A DNA stretch of 28,099 nt from a bacterium. GTDB lineage: Bacteria; Hinthialibacterota; Hinthialibacteria; Hinthialibacterales; Hinthialibacteraceae. The notes beneath the pieces are model-generated. The model searched no databases and was not told the origin of the DNA. It worked only from the letters and a program-made list of their open reading frames with translations. Each line of letters opens with the position of its first letter. Positions within the stretch are counted from its first letter, which is position 1. Location of the stretch: assembly GCA_963663405.2 (NCBI GenBank), contig CAXXSM010000095.1:1-28099 (forward strand), in the 5' to 3' direction. Both the position numbers and the translations under genes were made by a program. This document shows, piece after piece, positions 16,602 through 25,503 of the stretch.

Positions 16602-18812
16602 ATGGTGTCGCGTCCAGTGATTGAAGAACAGCCCGGATTGAATCCGGATGTGGAAGATGATTTTCCCATCCTGGAAATGATTCTGCGTAATTATCTCAAG
16701 GACGAAGACATTATGAGGATCCGGAAAGCCTATTTCTTCGCCTATGATAAGCATGGGGATCAGAAACGGGCGAGTGGGGAGCCTTACATTATCCATCCGA
16801 TTTCTGTCGCCGAGATCCTCGCCGAATTTGAATTGGACGCGGATACAATCACAGCGGCGATTCTCCATGATATTTTAGAAGACACGGAAGTGATCTACGA
16901 GCAATTGGCGAACGAGTTCGGAGAACGTGTGGCCATGCTCGTTCAAGGCGTTACAAAAGTCGGTAAAATCGGTTCGGCGTACCGAAGCGAGGAAGAGGTT
17001 GAAAATCTCCGGCGCATGCTCGTGGCGACCGCGAAAGATCTGCATGTCATCATCATTAAACTCGCCGACCGGCTTCACAATATGCGCACACTCCATCATC
17101 TGTCCCGTGAGAAACAGCAACGAATCGCGAGAATGACGCTGGATATCTACGCGCCGCTTGCGCATCGTCTAGGTCTAGGACGCATCAAATGGGAGTTGGA
17201 AGATAATTGTTTGATGTATCTCAATCCACAGGCCTATGAAACAATCAAAAAAAAGGTCGCCAATAAACGAAAAAAACGTGAAGATTATATTCAAGTCGCT
17301 TGTTCCCAACTCAAAGAAGCCCTGAAAAAGAGAGGAATTCACGCGTCCGTCGAAGGACGCGCAAAACATTTTTACAGTATCTACCGGAAAATGCGCCGCG
17401 ATCATAAAACGTTTGAAGAGATTTATGACCTGACCGCCATCCGTGTGATCTGTGAAACGATCGGTGATTGTTATGCGATTCTGGGGGAAGTCCATACGAT
17501 GTGGAGACAGATAGAAGGCCGATTTAAAGACTACATCTCCACACCAAAACCGAACAATTATCGTTCGATCCATACTACAATTCTTGGTCCCAACGGCCGG
17601 ATGATTGAAATTCAAATCCGCACACAGGAAATGCACTACATCGCCGAACATGGGATCGCCGCGCATTGGCGGTACAAAGATGAAGGAAACCGGCGCCTCA
17701 GTCAAGACGCGAAATGGCTTGAGCCTTTCTCACAAGAATTGATCGATACATATAATCCAGAAGAATTCATTCAATCCATGCGCACCGATTTCTTCTCGGA
17801 TGAGGTATATGTCTACACACCTAACGGTGAATTGATCCGTCTTCCAATTGGCGCCACGCCGATTGATTTCGCTTATAAAATCCATACGGAACTGGGGCAC
17901 CGTTGCGGCGGCGCAAAAATCAACGATCGGATTGTCTCTCTTAATCATCCTCTCAAAACCGGCGATACCGTTAAAATCCTCTCCAGTAATAATAGCCATC
18001 CTTCCCCCGCCTGGATCGACATCGTTAAAACTTCTTCCGCGAGGAACAAAATCCGCCGTTATCTGCTCGAATCCCGCCGGGATGAGCTGCAGCGGATTGG
18101 TCAATCCAATCTCTCACGGGAACTGCAAAAAGCCGGTTTCAATCCGCTGGAGTTTTACAATTCTCCCCGCGCCCAAGAGGTGGCGGAATCACTGTCGCAG
18201 AAAAATCTAGAAGGTCTTTTTGTCAATATCGGCTTTGGCCGTATCTCCACCAAGCAAGTCATCGCCCGGCTATTGCAGCCGAAACAGAAATTGGATTCAC
18301 CGGCTAAAAAAGAAGCGTCCCGCGAGGAACCACCCGCCAAAGAGGAGCCTGGTTCTCGATCCATTGTTCGGATGGGAGATATCGACGATATCATGTACCG
18401 CCGCGCGCGTTGTTGCAATCCGCTTCCGGGCGATGAAATCATTGGATTTGTGACACGGGGGCGGGGCGTTACGATACACAAAGCCGTCTGCCGGAATGTG
18501 AAACTGATTGACAATGAACCCGGCCGTATTTTATCGCTGTTTTGGGAAGGCAATCAGAAAGATCGCATTTCGGTCAGCATCGAAGTGAAAGCCCGTGATC
18601 GAACGAACCTTCTCAGCGACGTCTCCCAAATGATCGCCTCGACTGGCACGCATATCATGCGGTGTGAATCCAACGCGGTCCCCCCCCATGCGACGCTGGT
18701 CTTTACGATTGAAGTAACGAACTCAAATCATCTAAATACAGTGATGCAGCAATTACTCGGTGTCGAAGGCGTTAAAAATGTACGCCGTTATAAAGGACGG
18801 AATAATAAATAA
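16602..18812 (+). CDS. rel: Bifunctional (p)ppGpp synthetase/hydrolase, long RSH
   Basis: HD hydrolase (RASGEPYIIHP, LHDILED), synthetase (GRAKH, RFKDYI, YRSIHT, EIQIRT), TGS (TPIDFAY), CC domain, ACT. Confidence 0.96.
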   Translation: MVSRPVIEEQPGLNPDVEDDFPILEMILRNYLKDEDIMRIRKAYFFAYDKHGDQKRASGEPYIIHPISVAEILAEFELDADTITAAILHDILEDTEVIYEQLANEFGERVAMLVQGVTKVGKIGSAYRSEEEVENLRRMLVATAKDLHVIIIKLADRLHNMRTLHHLSREKQQRIARMTLDIYAPLAHRLGLGRIKWELEDNCLMYLNPQAYETIKKKVANKRKKREDYIQVACSQLKEALKKRGIHASVEGRAKHFYSIYRKMRRDHKTFEEIYDLTAIRVICETIGDCYAILGEVHTMWRQIEGRFKDYISTPKPNNYRSIHTTILGPNGRMIEIQIRTQEMHYIAEHGIAAHWRYKDEGNRRLSQDAKWLEPFSQELIDTYNPEEFIQSMRTDFFSDEVYVYTPNGELIRLPIGATPIDFAYKIHTELGHRCGGAKINDRIVSLNHPLKTGDTVKILSSNNSHPSPAWIDIVKTSSARNKIRRYLLESRRDELQRIGQSNLSRELQKAGFNPLEFYNSPRAQEVAESLSQKNLEGLFVNIGFGRISTKQVIARLLQPKQKLDSPAKKEASREEPPAKEEPGSRSIVRMGDIDDIMYRRARCCNPLPGDEIIGFVTRGRGVTIHKAVCRNVKLIDNEPGRILSLFWEGNQKDRISVSIEVKARDRTNLLSDVSQMIASTGTHIMRCESNAVPPHATLVFTIEVTNSNHLNTVMQQLLGVEGVKNVRRYKGRNNK

Positions 18813-18822
18813 GGGGGGAGAA

Positions 18823-19542
18823 TTACGCCAAAAGATTAATTGTCGTTTGATTCATTTCATCCGCTGTCTTTGCGACGGCCGCATTCGCCCGGAAAATGCT
18901 CTCTTCATTTTGAAGCGCAATCATTTCACGAGGAATGTCAACATTTGAGTTTTCCAGGAATCCACTCACGAGGATTCCCCGCCTGTTTGTTCCCGGCGCG
19001 CCAACCTGTGGCGCTCCCGAACTTCCGGTTTGCGTAAGGAGATTGTTCCCCCCGCGCGATAAGCCTCCAGGATTGCTGAATTGCGCAATTTCAATCTGAC
19101 CGGCGTTCATGGTTTCTCCATCCGCCATCTGTGCGGAAATAGAGCCGTCGCTTCCTATTGTCACTGATGCCGCATCGGGTGGGATTGCGGTGGGAGGTTG
19201 AAGAACCAATCCTTGAGAATTGACCAACGCGCCATCCGTTCCGCGTGAAAAAGCCCCATCCCGTGTATAAAACGTATTTCCATCACCGTCCATCACTTGA
19301 AAGAATCCCTGCCCAGAAATAGCCAAATCAAGAGGATCGCCAGTCGGTTTCAAGACGCCCATCTCTTCCAATGAAGAGATGGCTGACACAACGGCGTTCT
19401 TCCCGGATGGACCTGTACTGCTCTGGGCGCGCTGGGTCCGGTAACCAGCCGTATTCACATTCGCCACATTATTTGCGGCGGTCTCTGCGCGGATCCGAGA
19501 CGCGTTTAAACCGGATAGGGCTGTGGATAGGATATCAATCAT
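18823..19542 (-). CDS. flgG: Flagellar basal-body rod/hook family protein (FlgG-like)
   Basis: ANNVANVNTAGY, TGDPLDLAISGQGFF, YTRDGAF, LENSNVD..EM; shorter than typical FlgG, orthology to flgG vs flgF/flgE uncertain. Confidence 0.7.
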   Translation of the reverse strand: MIDILSTALSGLNASRIRAETAANNVANVNTAGYRTQRAQSSTGPSGKNAVVSAISSLEEMGVLKPTGDPLDLAISGQGFFQVMDGDGNTFYTRDGAFSRGTDGALVNSQGLVLQPPTAIPPDAASVTIGSDGSISAQMADGETMNAGQIEIAQFSNPGGLSRGGNNLLTQTGSSGAPQVGAPGTNRRGILVSGFLENSNVDIPREMIALQNEESIFRANAAVAKTADEMNQTTINLLA

Positions 19543-19561
19543 CAGTATTTACCTCTTTGTT

Positions 19562-19590
19562 ATTTTACATTCTTTATTGTATTATGTCAA
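19562..19590 (-). promoter_or_regulatory. Near-consensus sigma-70 promoter of the flgG-like gene
   Basis: Minus strand TTGACA-17 nt-TAAAAT, then AGAGGT RBS and ATG. Confidence 0.75.
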
Positions 19591-19738
19591 AAATTTTTCC
19601 AGAAAACTAAATATTTATGCGTTCTTATTGCTATTCTTATCAAATGAGTTCTTAACGGAGTCTCATATCGTTTCCCTTACAGTGCTAGAATGGGTGTCGG
19701 AAGTTAAAGCAAAACGATTTAGATTTAACGGGGCTCCA

Positions 19739-20956
19739 GTGAATCGAATTAATTATTTATTGATCGGGATGGTCTTGATCTTAGTGCTGATCGCGCTTCT
19801 CTTTGCGGCGAAAACGCATGATGAAACCGTTCGCGCGCTGCCTGGCAGCCTCGCGATTGAAATGCGTCAGCTGCTTACGGCCGAGAATGTTTGGGATATC
19901 AAAATCGTATCTATCCATAGCCGTATAGAAGAACTAAAGAAGAAATACCCTTACATCGAGTCCATTATTCTCCGGAAATTTTACGGGGAAGGAAAAACCT
20001 GTACACTGTATCCATTCGCTTACGATTGGGATCATCCGGATTTCCCGCCGGATGAGGACAATTCCTATTTAACCAACGCGTTGAAGGCGGATGATGGTTC
20101 ACCGCTAGGCGTTCTTTATATTAAATTCAATTCCGCCCGCCTCCGTTTATTCAACGCCGCGATTCTTGGCAGCATGGCCGCGCTGATTATTGTCAGCATC
20201 TTGGGCCTCTACACCATCCAAACCAAAGACGAAGAAGTGCGGAAGACCACTTCACTCTTGGAAGAGAAGCAGCGTGAGTTGATCCATCTCGAACGTTTAT
20301 CACTCGTCGGTCAAGTGACCGCTAATCTGTTGCACGATCTTAAGAAACCTGTCTTAAATATCCGTGCGGAATCGGAATCGCTTCCCCCTGATGGCGTGCG
20401 GGACGCGATTCTGGAAGAGACGGATCTGTTTCTCCGCATGATCCGCGAATTGCGGCTGGAAGGATTTCTGCGGCAGGATTTAGAACACGCTGAGTTTGTG
20501 GATTTGGGCGAGATCCTGGATCGATCGCTGCGGCTGGTGAAATATGCGAGAAACAATGTTCAAGTGCAAATTGACTTACCCGGAGACTTGCCGTTTCTTT
20601 TTGGACAGCGCCATCAACTGATCCAAATTTTCTCAAATATCCTACTAAATGATTTCCAAGCGCTGGAAGGCAATGGTACCATCCTGATTAACGCCTCGCA
20701 GATCGACGAAGACGGCAAACCCTGGCTGGAAATCCACATCACCGATGATGGGCCGGGCATGTCGTTCGATGTTCTCACCCATATCTTCGAACCATTCTAT
20801 TCCACCCGGAAAACCGACGAGTCCGCGGGATTGGGCTTATACATCACTAAATCCATCGTAGAAACCATGGGCGGCGTCATCCATGTCAAAAGCATCCCCA
20901 AACATGGAGCCACCTTCACCCTCCGCTTTCCTATTACATCGGAGGAGACGGTATAA
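19739..20956 (+). CDS. Membrane sensor histidine kinase (two TMs, HisKA, HATPase)
   Basis: H-box LLHDLKKP, N-box QIFSNILLN, G1 DDGPGM, F-box IFEPFY, G2 GLGL; GTG 19739 chosen because the longer ORF overlaps the flgG-like gene and its promoter. Confidence 0.9.
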   Translation: MNRINYLLIGMVLILVLIALLFAAKTHDETVRALPGSLAIEMRQLLTAENVWDIKIVSIHSRIEELKKKYPYIESIILRKFYGEGKTCTLYPFAYDWDHPDFPPDEDNSYLTNALKADDGSPLGVLYIKFNSARLRLFNAAILGSMAALIIVSILGLYTIQTKDEEVRKTTSLLEEKQRELIHLERLSLVGQVTANLLHDLKKPVLNIRAESESLPPDGVRDAILEETDLFLRMIRELRLEGFLRQDLEHAEFVDLGEILDRSLRLVKYARNNVQVQIDLPGDLPFLFGQRHQLIQIFSNILLNDFQALEGNGTILINASQIDEDGKPWLEIHITDDGPGMSFDVLTHIFEPFYSTRKTDESAGLGLYITKSIVETMGGVIHVKSIPKHGATFTLRFPITSEETV

Positions 20957-20996
20957 AATAGAAATCATTATTCTCTGTACGGAAAGAGATGATGAA

Positions 20997-22175
20997 ATGA
21001 AATCGACAGCACACATTCAATCCATAAAAATTCAAGGATACCGGCCGTTCCGGGATTTCACTGCTGATTTTGGATTATTAGAGGTTTTAGTTGGGGCGAA
21101 CGGTTCGGGAAAATCGAGTTTGTTTGAATTTCTTAAATTTCTTCGCGATAGTGTGTATCTTGATATTCCCCCAGAAATCATTCCGGGTTCGATAGGTCAG
21201 CAAATCTTCCATATACCCGGTCCTGAAAAATTCTGGTGGAGTCTTAAGATTAATACTGGAAAAACAATTCCCATTCTTTATCAAGGAGAATTGATGGGGC
21301 CTGTGGGGAAAACTCATATTTCATTTGAGAGAGTAGAATTTGAAAAACCTTTCCCGAAATACAAAACACCGATACGTTTCATGGATATTAAAGAACGCAA
21401 AGGTGTGATTAAAGATCCTGAGACAAATAAATTTATCAAACAAAAAATCGCATTATCCCGTCCGAATCAACTGGCGTTAAGCACAATTACGAATCCTGAG
21501 ATGAAGACTCTCTACAACATGCGTGAATATATACGCGGTTGGCGGATTTACAGTTCCTTCAACATCGCTCATGAGAAAATACGTAAATCAGTTCCCATCG
21601 AACAAGAACCGATTCTCCATGAAGACGCAGGGAACTTAAGTTCCGTCTTGCATTATCTAATGACGGAGCATCTGCAAATATTTGATGAATTGAAAACGCA
21701 TCTCCGTTCCATGATTCCCGGATTTCAAAATCTAAACGTGAAAGCTCGTGGCGGCCCAGGAGAGGTCATCGCATTTTGGCAGGAATCGGGGATCGATCAA
21801 GATCTAAGCCTTGCTGATTTATCGGATGGGATTCTCCGTTTAATCTGTTGGTGTGTGCTCTGTCTGCAACCCAATCCGCCCACTCTCATCTGTATCGATG
21901 AACCTGATCAGGGAGTACATCCCAGGACGCTGCCCATCCTTGCCGGGCTATTCGAAAAAGCCTGCGAACGTACACAGTTGTTTTTGGCTACTCACGCCTC
22001 ATATTTCCTTCAACAATTCGATTTAGAAAGAATCGCGGTTTTTCGGAAAGAGAGCGGAGAAGCGAAATTTATTAAACCTCATAACTCGAAGGCATTGCAG
22101 GAGAATCTGAAAGATTTTGGAGCCGAAGAGTTAGAAATCATGCATCGTAGTGACGAACTGGAGTTACTGGCATGA
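20997..22175 (+). CDS. AAA_21-like ABC-type ATPase
   Basis: IKIQGYRPF, Walker A GANGSGKS, signature LSDG, Walker B ICIDEP, H-loop ATH. Confidence 0.85.
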   Translation: MKSTAHIQSIKIQGYRPFRDFTADFGLLEVLVGANGSGKSSLFEFLKFLRDSVYLDIPPEIIPGSIGQQIFHIPGPEKFWWSLKINTGKTIPILYQGELMGPVGKTHISFERVEFEKPFPKYKTPIRFMDIKERKGVIKDPETNKFIKQKIALSRPNQLALSTITNPEMKTLYNMREYIRGWRIYSSFNIAHEKIRKSVPIEQEPILHEDAGNLSSVLHYLMTEHLQIFDELKTHLRSMIPGFQNLNVKARGGPGEVIAFWQESGIDQDLSLADLSDGILRLICWCVLCLQPNPPTLICIDEPDQGVHPRTLPILAGLFEKACERTQLFLATHASYFLQQFDLERIAVFRKESGEAKFIKPHNSKALQENLKDFGAEELEIMHRSDELELLA

Positions 22176-22303
22176 AAAAGGTGATCGTATACGTCGAAGG
22201 ACCTTCCGACCGGCTTGCGATGTCTGAGGTCTTTCTTTCATTCATTGATAGAGAGAAAATAAAAGGAAGTGTGTCCATATTCTTTTTAATTGGTGAGTTG
22301 TGA
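22172..22303 (+). pseudogene. Truncated TOPRIM-like (DUF4276-type) partner of the ATPase
   Basis: ATGA overlap with the ATPase; MKKVIVYVEGPSDRLAM... carries the VEGxxD motif but stops after 43 aa. Confidence 0.65.
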
Positions 22304-22518
22304 TGGATACAAAAATATCGAAATCAAAGTTTAAGTCGAAAGCATTTGAATATTTTCGTCAGGTGGAGCGGACCGGCCAGGAATTAATTATTACGAATCA
22401 TGGGAAACCGGTCTTGAAAATCGTTCCATATGAAGATGATCCTTTTATAAAATTTAAAGCGCTGCGGAATCCAGTTTTGAAGTATGATGATCCGACCGAA
22501 ACCTGTGGGATTGGATGA
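22303..22518 (+). CDS. Phd/YefM-family antitoxin, copy 1 (C-terminus frameshifted)
   Basis: ISKSKFKSKAFEYFRQVERTGQELIITNHGKPVLKIVP; one extra A at 22499-22501 relative to copy 2. Confidence 0.75.
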   Translation: MDTKISKSKFKSKAFEYFRQVERTGQELIITNHGKPVLKIVPYEDDPFIKFKALRNPVLKYDDPTETCGIG

Positions 22519-22528
22519 TTGGGAAGAA
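22460..22528 (+). repeat. Direct repeat copy 1 (69 nt), 3' end of phd copy 1
   Basis: Matches 23452-23519 apart from one substitution and one indel. Confidence 0.9.
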
Positions 22529-22553
22529 TCGGGATATTTGTTGCGATAAATAC

Positions 22554-22582
22554 TTGTTTTGTATATACGTTTTGTGTATACT
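22554..22582 (+). promoter_or_regulatory. Putative promoter/operator of brnT-brnA
   Basis: TTGTTT-17 nt-TATACT overlapping palindromes GTATATAC and GTATAC; ATG follows 6 nt after the -10. Confidence 0.55.
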
Positions 22583-22588
22583 AGTGAT

Positions 22589-22897
22589 ATGAAGTTTGAA
22601 TGGGACGAAAATAAGAATCTCCTAAACCGTGAAAAACATGGTGTCAGTTTTTCCGAGGCAAAAGAAATATTTAATAGACCTGTTCTGACGTGGACGGATA
22701 ATCGGCGGGATTACGGGGAAATCCGGGAAATTAGTATTGGTTCTATCGAAGGAGTTCTGGTTGTTGTCGTTGTTCATACGAAGCGGGATAAGAGGATTCG
22801 AATCATCTCCGCCCGTAAAGCAAAAGCGAAAGAAAGAGAAAAATATCATGCCTATCTCGAAAGAACGTTTGGAGGAGATGAAATCGATAAAGGATGA
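22589..22897 (+). CDS. brnT: BrnT family toxin
   Basis: MKFEWDENKNLLNREKHGVSF...DYGEIR...IRIISARKA. Confidence 0.92.
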   Translation: MKFEWDENKNLLNREKHGVSFSEAKEIFNRPVLTWTDNRRDYGEIREISIGSIEGVLVVVVVHTKRDKRIRIISARKAKAKEREKYHAYLERTFGGDEIDKG

Positions 22898-23102
22898 TGA
22901 TATTGATACCTCCGATATTCCCGAATTGGATGAGCGTTTTTGGAAAGAGGCCCGATTGGTCATGCCCCAGCCGAAGACGTCAATTTCTTTGCGGATCGAT
23001 CCTGAAGTTTTGGATTGGTTTAAATCTCTTGGACGGGGATACCAAACGCGGATGAATGCTGTTTTACGCTCTTACATGGAGGTTCATAGAGGAAAACAAT
23101 AG
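22848..23102 (+). CDS. brnA: BrnA family antitoxin
   Basis: IDTSDIPEL...KTSISLRIDPEVLDWFKSLGRGYQTRMNAVLR; overlaps the brnT 3' end; ATG 22848. Confidence 0.92.
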   Translation: MPISKERLEEMKSIKDDDIDTSDIPELDERFWKEARLVMPQPKTSISLRIDPEVLDWFKSLGRGYQTRMNAVLRSYMEVHRGKQ

Positions 23103-23294
23103 CGTCCCATGCGACGAGATAATATGTTCTCATTTTCGACTTTTCTCAAAAGATAAATAGATTTTTTCGGAGAAGCCTTCCCTTAGAAAACCATTTTTGG
23201 GGGACTGCGAGATTCAAACTTATGTAGAATAATATTGTTGAAATTTGATTATTTATCTCTAATATGTAATAAATTGAAAGAGGTTTGGTTCTGG

Positions 23295-23528
23295 ATGTGT
23301 GAAAAAGTCTCGATAAAGATATTTGTACTGAATGCCATGGGATATTTGCGTCATGTTAAACAAACAGGCCAGGATTTAATCATAACCGATCATGATAAAC
23401 CTGTGTTGAAGATTGTCCCTCTCGAGAAAGGTCCTATGGAAATAGTAAAATCGCTGCGGAATCCAGTTTTGAAGTATGATGATCCGACCGAACCTGTGGG
23501 ATTGGACGATTGGGAAGAACTAGGATGA
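23295..23528 (+). CDS. Phd/YefM-family antitoxin, copy 2
   Basis: TGQDLIITDHDKPVLKIVP...YDDPTEPVGLDDWEELG; paralog of copy 1. Confidence 0.7.
   Translation: MCEKVSIKIFVLNAMGYLRHVKQTGQDLIITDHDKPVLKIVPLEKGPMEIVKSLRNPVLKYDDPTEPVGLDDWEELG
23452..23519 (+). repeat. Direct repeat copy 2 (68 nt), 3' end of phd copy 2
   Basis: Matches 22460-22528. Confidence 0.9.
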
Positions 23529-23553
23529 ATATAGGTATAAACGGAGGGAAATT

Positions 23554-24655
23554 ATGAAGGGCTTTTTCTTCTTGTTTTTTTTCGATGTTATATCTGTAAG
23601 CGCATTTCCTCAGAATATTAATACCCCAGTAAATTTTCCTGATCCGAACTTCAGAGCGGCGGTTGAGGAATATATGGGAGTGCCTTCGGGTGGGGAATTT
23701 TCGGCGCTGGAAGCCTCTATGAAAGATGGGGAATTGATTTGTTCTGGACTTGGTATCGAAGATCTGACCGGGATTGAACGTTTCCCCCGCTTTGGAATAT
23801 CTCTACTGCTGGGGCAATAAATTATCCAGCCTTGATGTTTCCAATAACACAGCTTTGATCGAGTTTGACTGTTTCGGGAACCAATTAACAAGTTTGAATG
23901 TCACTAACAACACTGCTTTGGTGGGGCTTAGTTGCTGGGATAATCAATTAACCAGCCTAAATGTCTCCAATAATTCCGCTTTGGAGTGGCTTATATGTGG
24001 TTACAATCAACTAGCCAGCCTCGATATATCCATGAACACTGCTTTGATTAAACTCACATGCAGTTACAATCAATTAATCAGCCTGGATGTTTCCAACAAC
24101 ACCGCTTTGAAATATCTCTACTGCAGTTATAATCGATTAACCAGCTTGAATGTTTCCAACAACATTGATTTGGAAAGGCTTTCCTGTGAGTTCAATCAGC
24201 TAACTATCTTAGATCTCACCAACAACACCGATTTGATTGAACTCAGCTGCAGTTATAATCAATTATCAAATCTGAATATTTCTAACTGCATTGCTTTAAC
24301 TCATCTTTTCTGTTGGGGGAATCAATTAACCTGCTTAGATATCTCTAAAAACACCGCTTTGGAGTGGCTGGAATGTCAGGAAAATCGATTATCCAGCCTA
24401 GATGTTTTTAACAACATTGCTTTGGAGAGACTCGTCTGCAGAAAGAATCAACTAACCAGCCTATCAAGTTTTGTTGATAATGTAGATATTGGTTTTAGGA
24501 ATGGTTTGGATGTCCGATATAATTATATAGGGTGTAATGATCCAGAATCCGCTATAAGAGATTTCCGAATTCTAAAAGAACGAATTGGTACTGGTTTTAG
24601 ATTCGAGCCCCAAAACGCATGTGAAACACTAGTGTCCAGTTGGTCATTGCATTGA
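23554..24655 (+). pseudogene. Secreted leucine-rich-repeat protein split by a +1 frameshift (or a sequencing error)
   Basis: ORF 23554-23820 has a signal peptide and internalin-like cap (FPDPNF...IEDLTGIERF); ORF 23774-24655 has the LRRs; deleting one C from C5 at 23784-88 joins them as ...IERFPALEYLYC, 366 aa. Confidence 0.8.
23789..24481 (+). repeat. Eleven 63-nt coding tandem repeats (21-aa LRRs)
   Basis: Consensus ALxxLxCxxNQLTSLDVSNNT. Confidence 0.9.
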
Positions 24656-24680
24656 GAAAAAAGTGCAACTCACTTATCTC

Positions 24681-25502
24681 TCACACCGCGTTCTCCCCAC
24701 TCGGTAGTTCTTTTCCTCGAAGCACGACAGTTGTCAGCGCGACGCAGACGATGGCGATTAGGCATAAAATCAGCACGGATTGAAGGAATGGATCGTGGGG
24801 GTGGGGACTCAGCAGGGCGGCGATGCCTTTTTGGGTGGCTTCGTGGGGGAAGATGGACTGCAAGTAGTGTTTGACCGTCAGTTTATTGGCCATGCCAGGT
24901 AGAAACGCCGCGTTCGCGTCCCATATGAAGAGAATGAGAATCCCCGTGATAAAAGGGCGTTTGAAGCGAATCCCAATCAGCAGCATCACCGCGCCATACG
25001 CCGCCAATCCAAGCCACAAAACCCAAAGGTCTTTGAATAATATGGGCAGATCTTCGATCAACATGTTCGATTCGGACGCGCTCCCCAAAATGACAAAGGT
25101 AATAATGACCGATCCCGCCAGAATGATCCCCGATGAGAACACGAAGGAGAGATATTTTCCGAGTACGATCACCCAAGGATACGGAGGGCGCAGGTTTAAA
25201 TAGATCAGCGTTCCATCCTCCACTTCCTCTGACAGAGGCGTCATCCCTTTCAGCAATGCCAACAGGGGAACGAGGAACTGCATGTACATTGAGGCGCAAA
25301 GGATCGCAAAATGATTGAAGGGATCTCCCGAGTGGTTGAATGCGTAATAGATGAAGAACCGCCAGATCGACGCCAAAATGATCGGCAGAGAGACCAATAG
25401 GATCTGAAAAAAGGCCTTCCGCGTCCGAAGCGACAAACGAGTGTTGACCGCGATCAAGGCGGTGAGTGGATAGAGGATTCGAGAAAGTACATGCGGATTC
25501 AT
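24681..25502 (-). CDS. ABC-2 type transporter permease
   Basis: Six TM helices, EEVEDGTLIYLNLRP...VLGKYL motif. Confidence 0.85.
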   Translation of the reverse strand: MNPHVLSRILYPLTALIAVNTRLSLRTRKAFFQILLVSLPIILASIWRFFIYYAFNHSGDPFNHFAILCASMYMQFLVPLLALLKGMTPLSEEVEDGTLIYLNLRPPYPWVIVLGKYLSFVFSSGIILAGSVIITFVILGSASESNMLIEDLPILFKDLWVLWLGLAAYGAVMLLIGIRFKRPFITGILILFIWDANAAFLPGMANKLTVKHYLQSIFPHEATQKGIAALLSPHPHDPFLQSVLILCLIAIVCVALTTVVLRGKELPSGENAV

Positions 25503-25503
25503 T

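Noticed and set aside
19523-19738. N-terminal extension of the kinase ORF
   Set aside because: Overlaps the flgG-like start and its promoter; AT-rich and non-coding in character
23125-23200. Possible fourth copy of the inverted-repeat element (CTCATTTTC, AGCCTT...CCATTTTT)
   Set aside because: Only short matches, with no left arm or 5' flank
23789-24481. LRR variability as a diversity-generating retroelement target
   Set aside because: No reverse transcriptase or template repeat in the window; differences are not evidently adenine-specific
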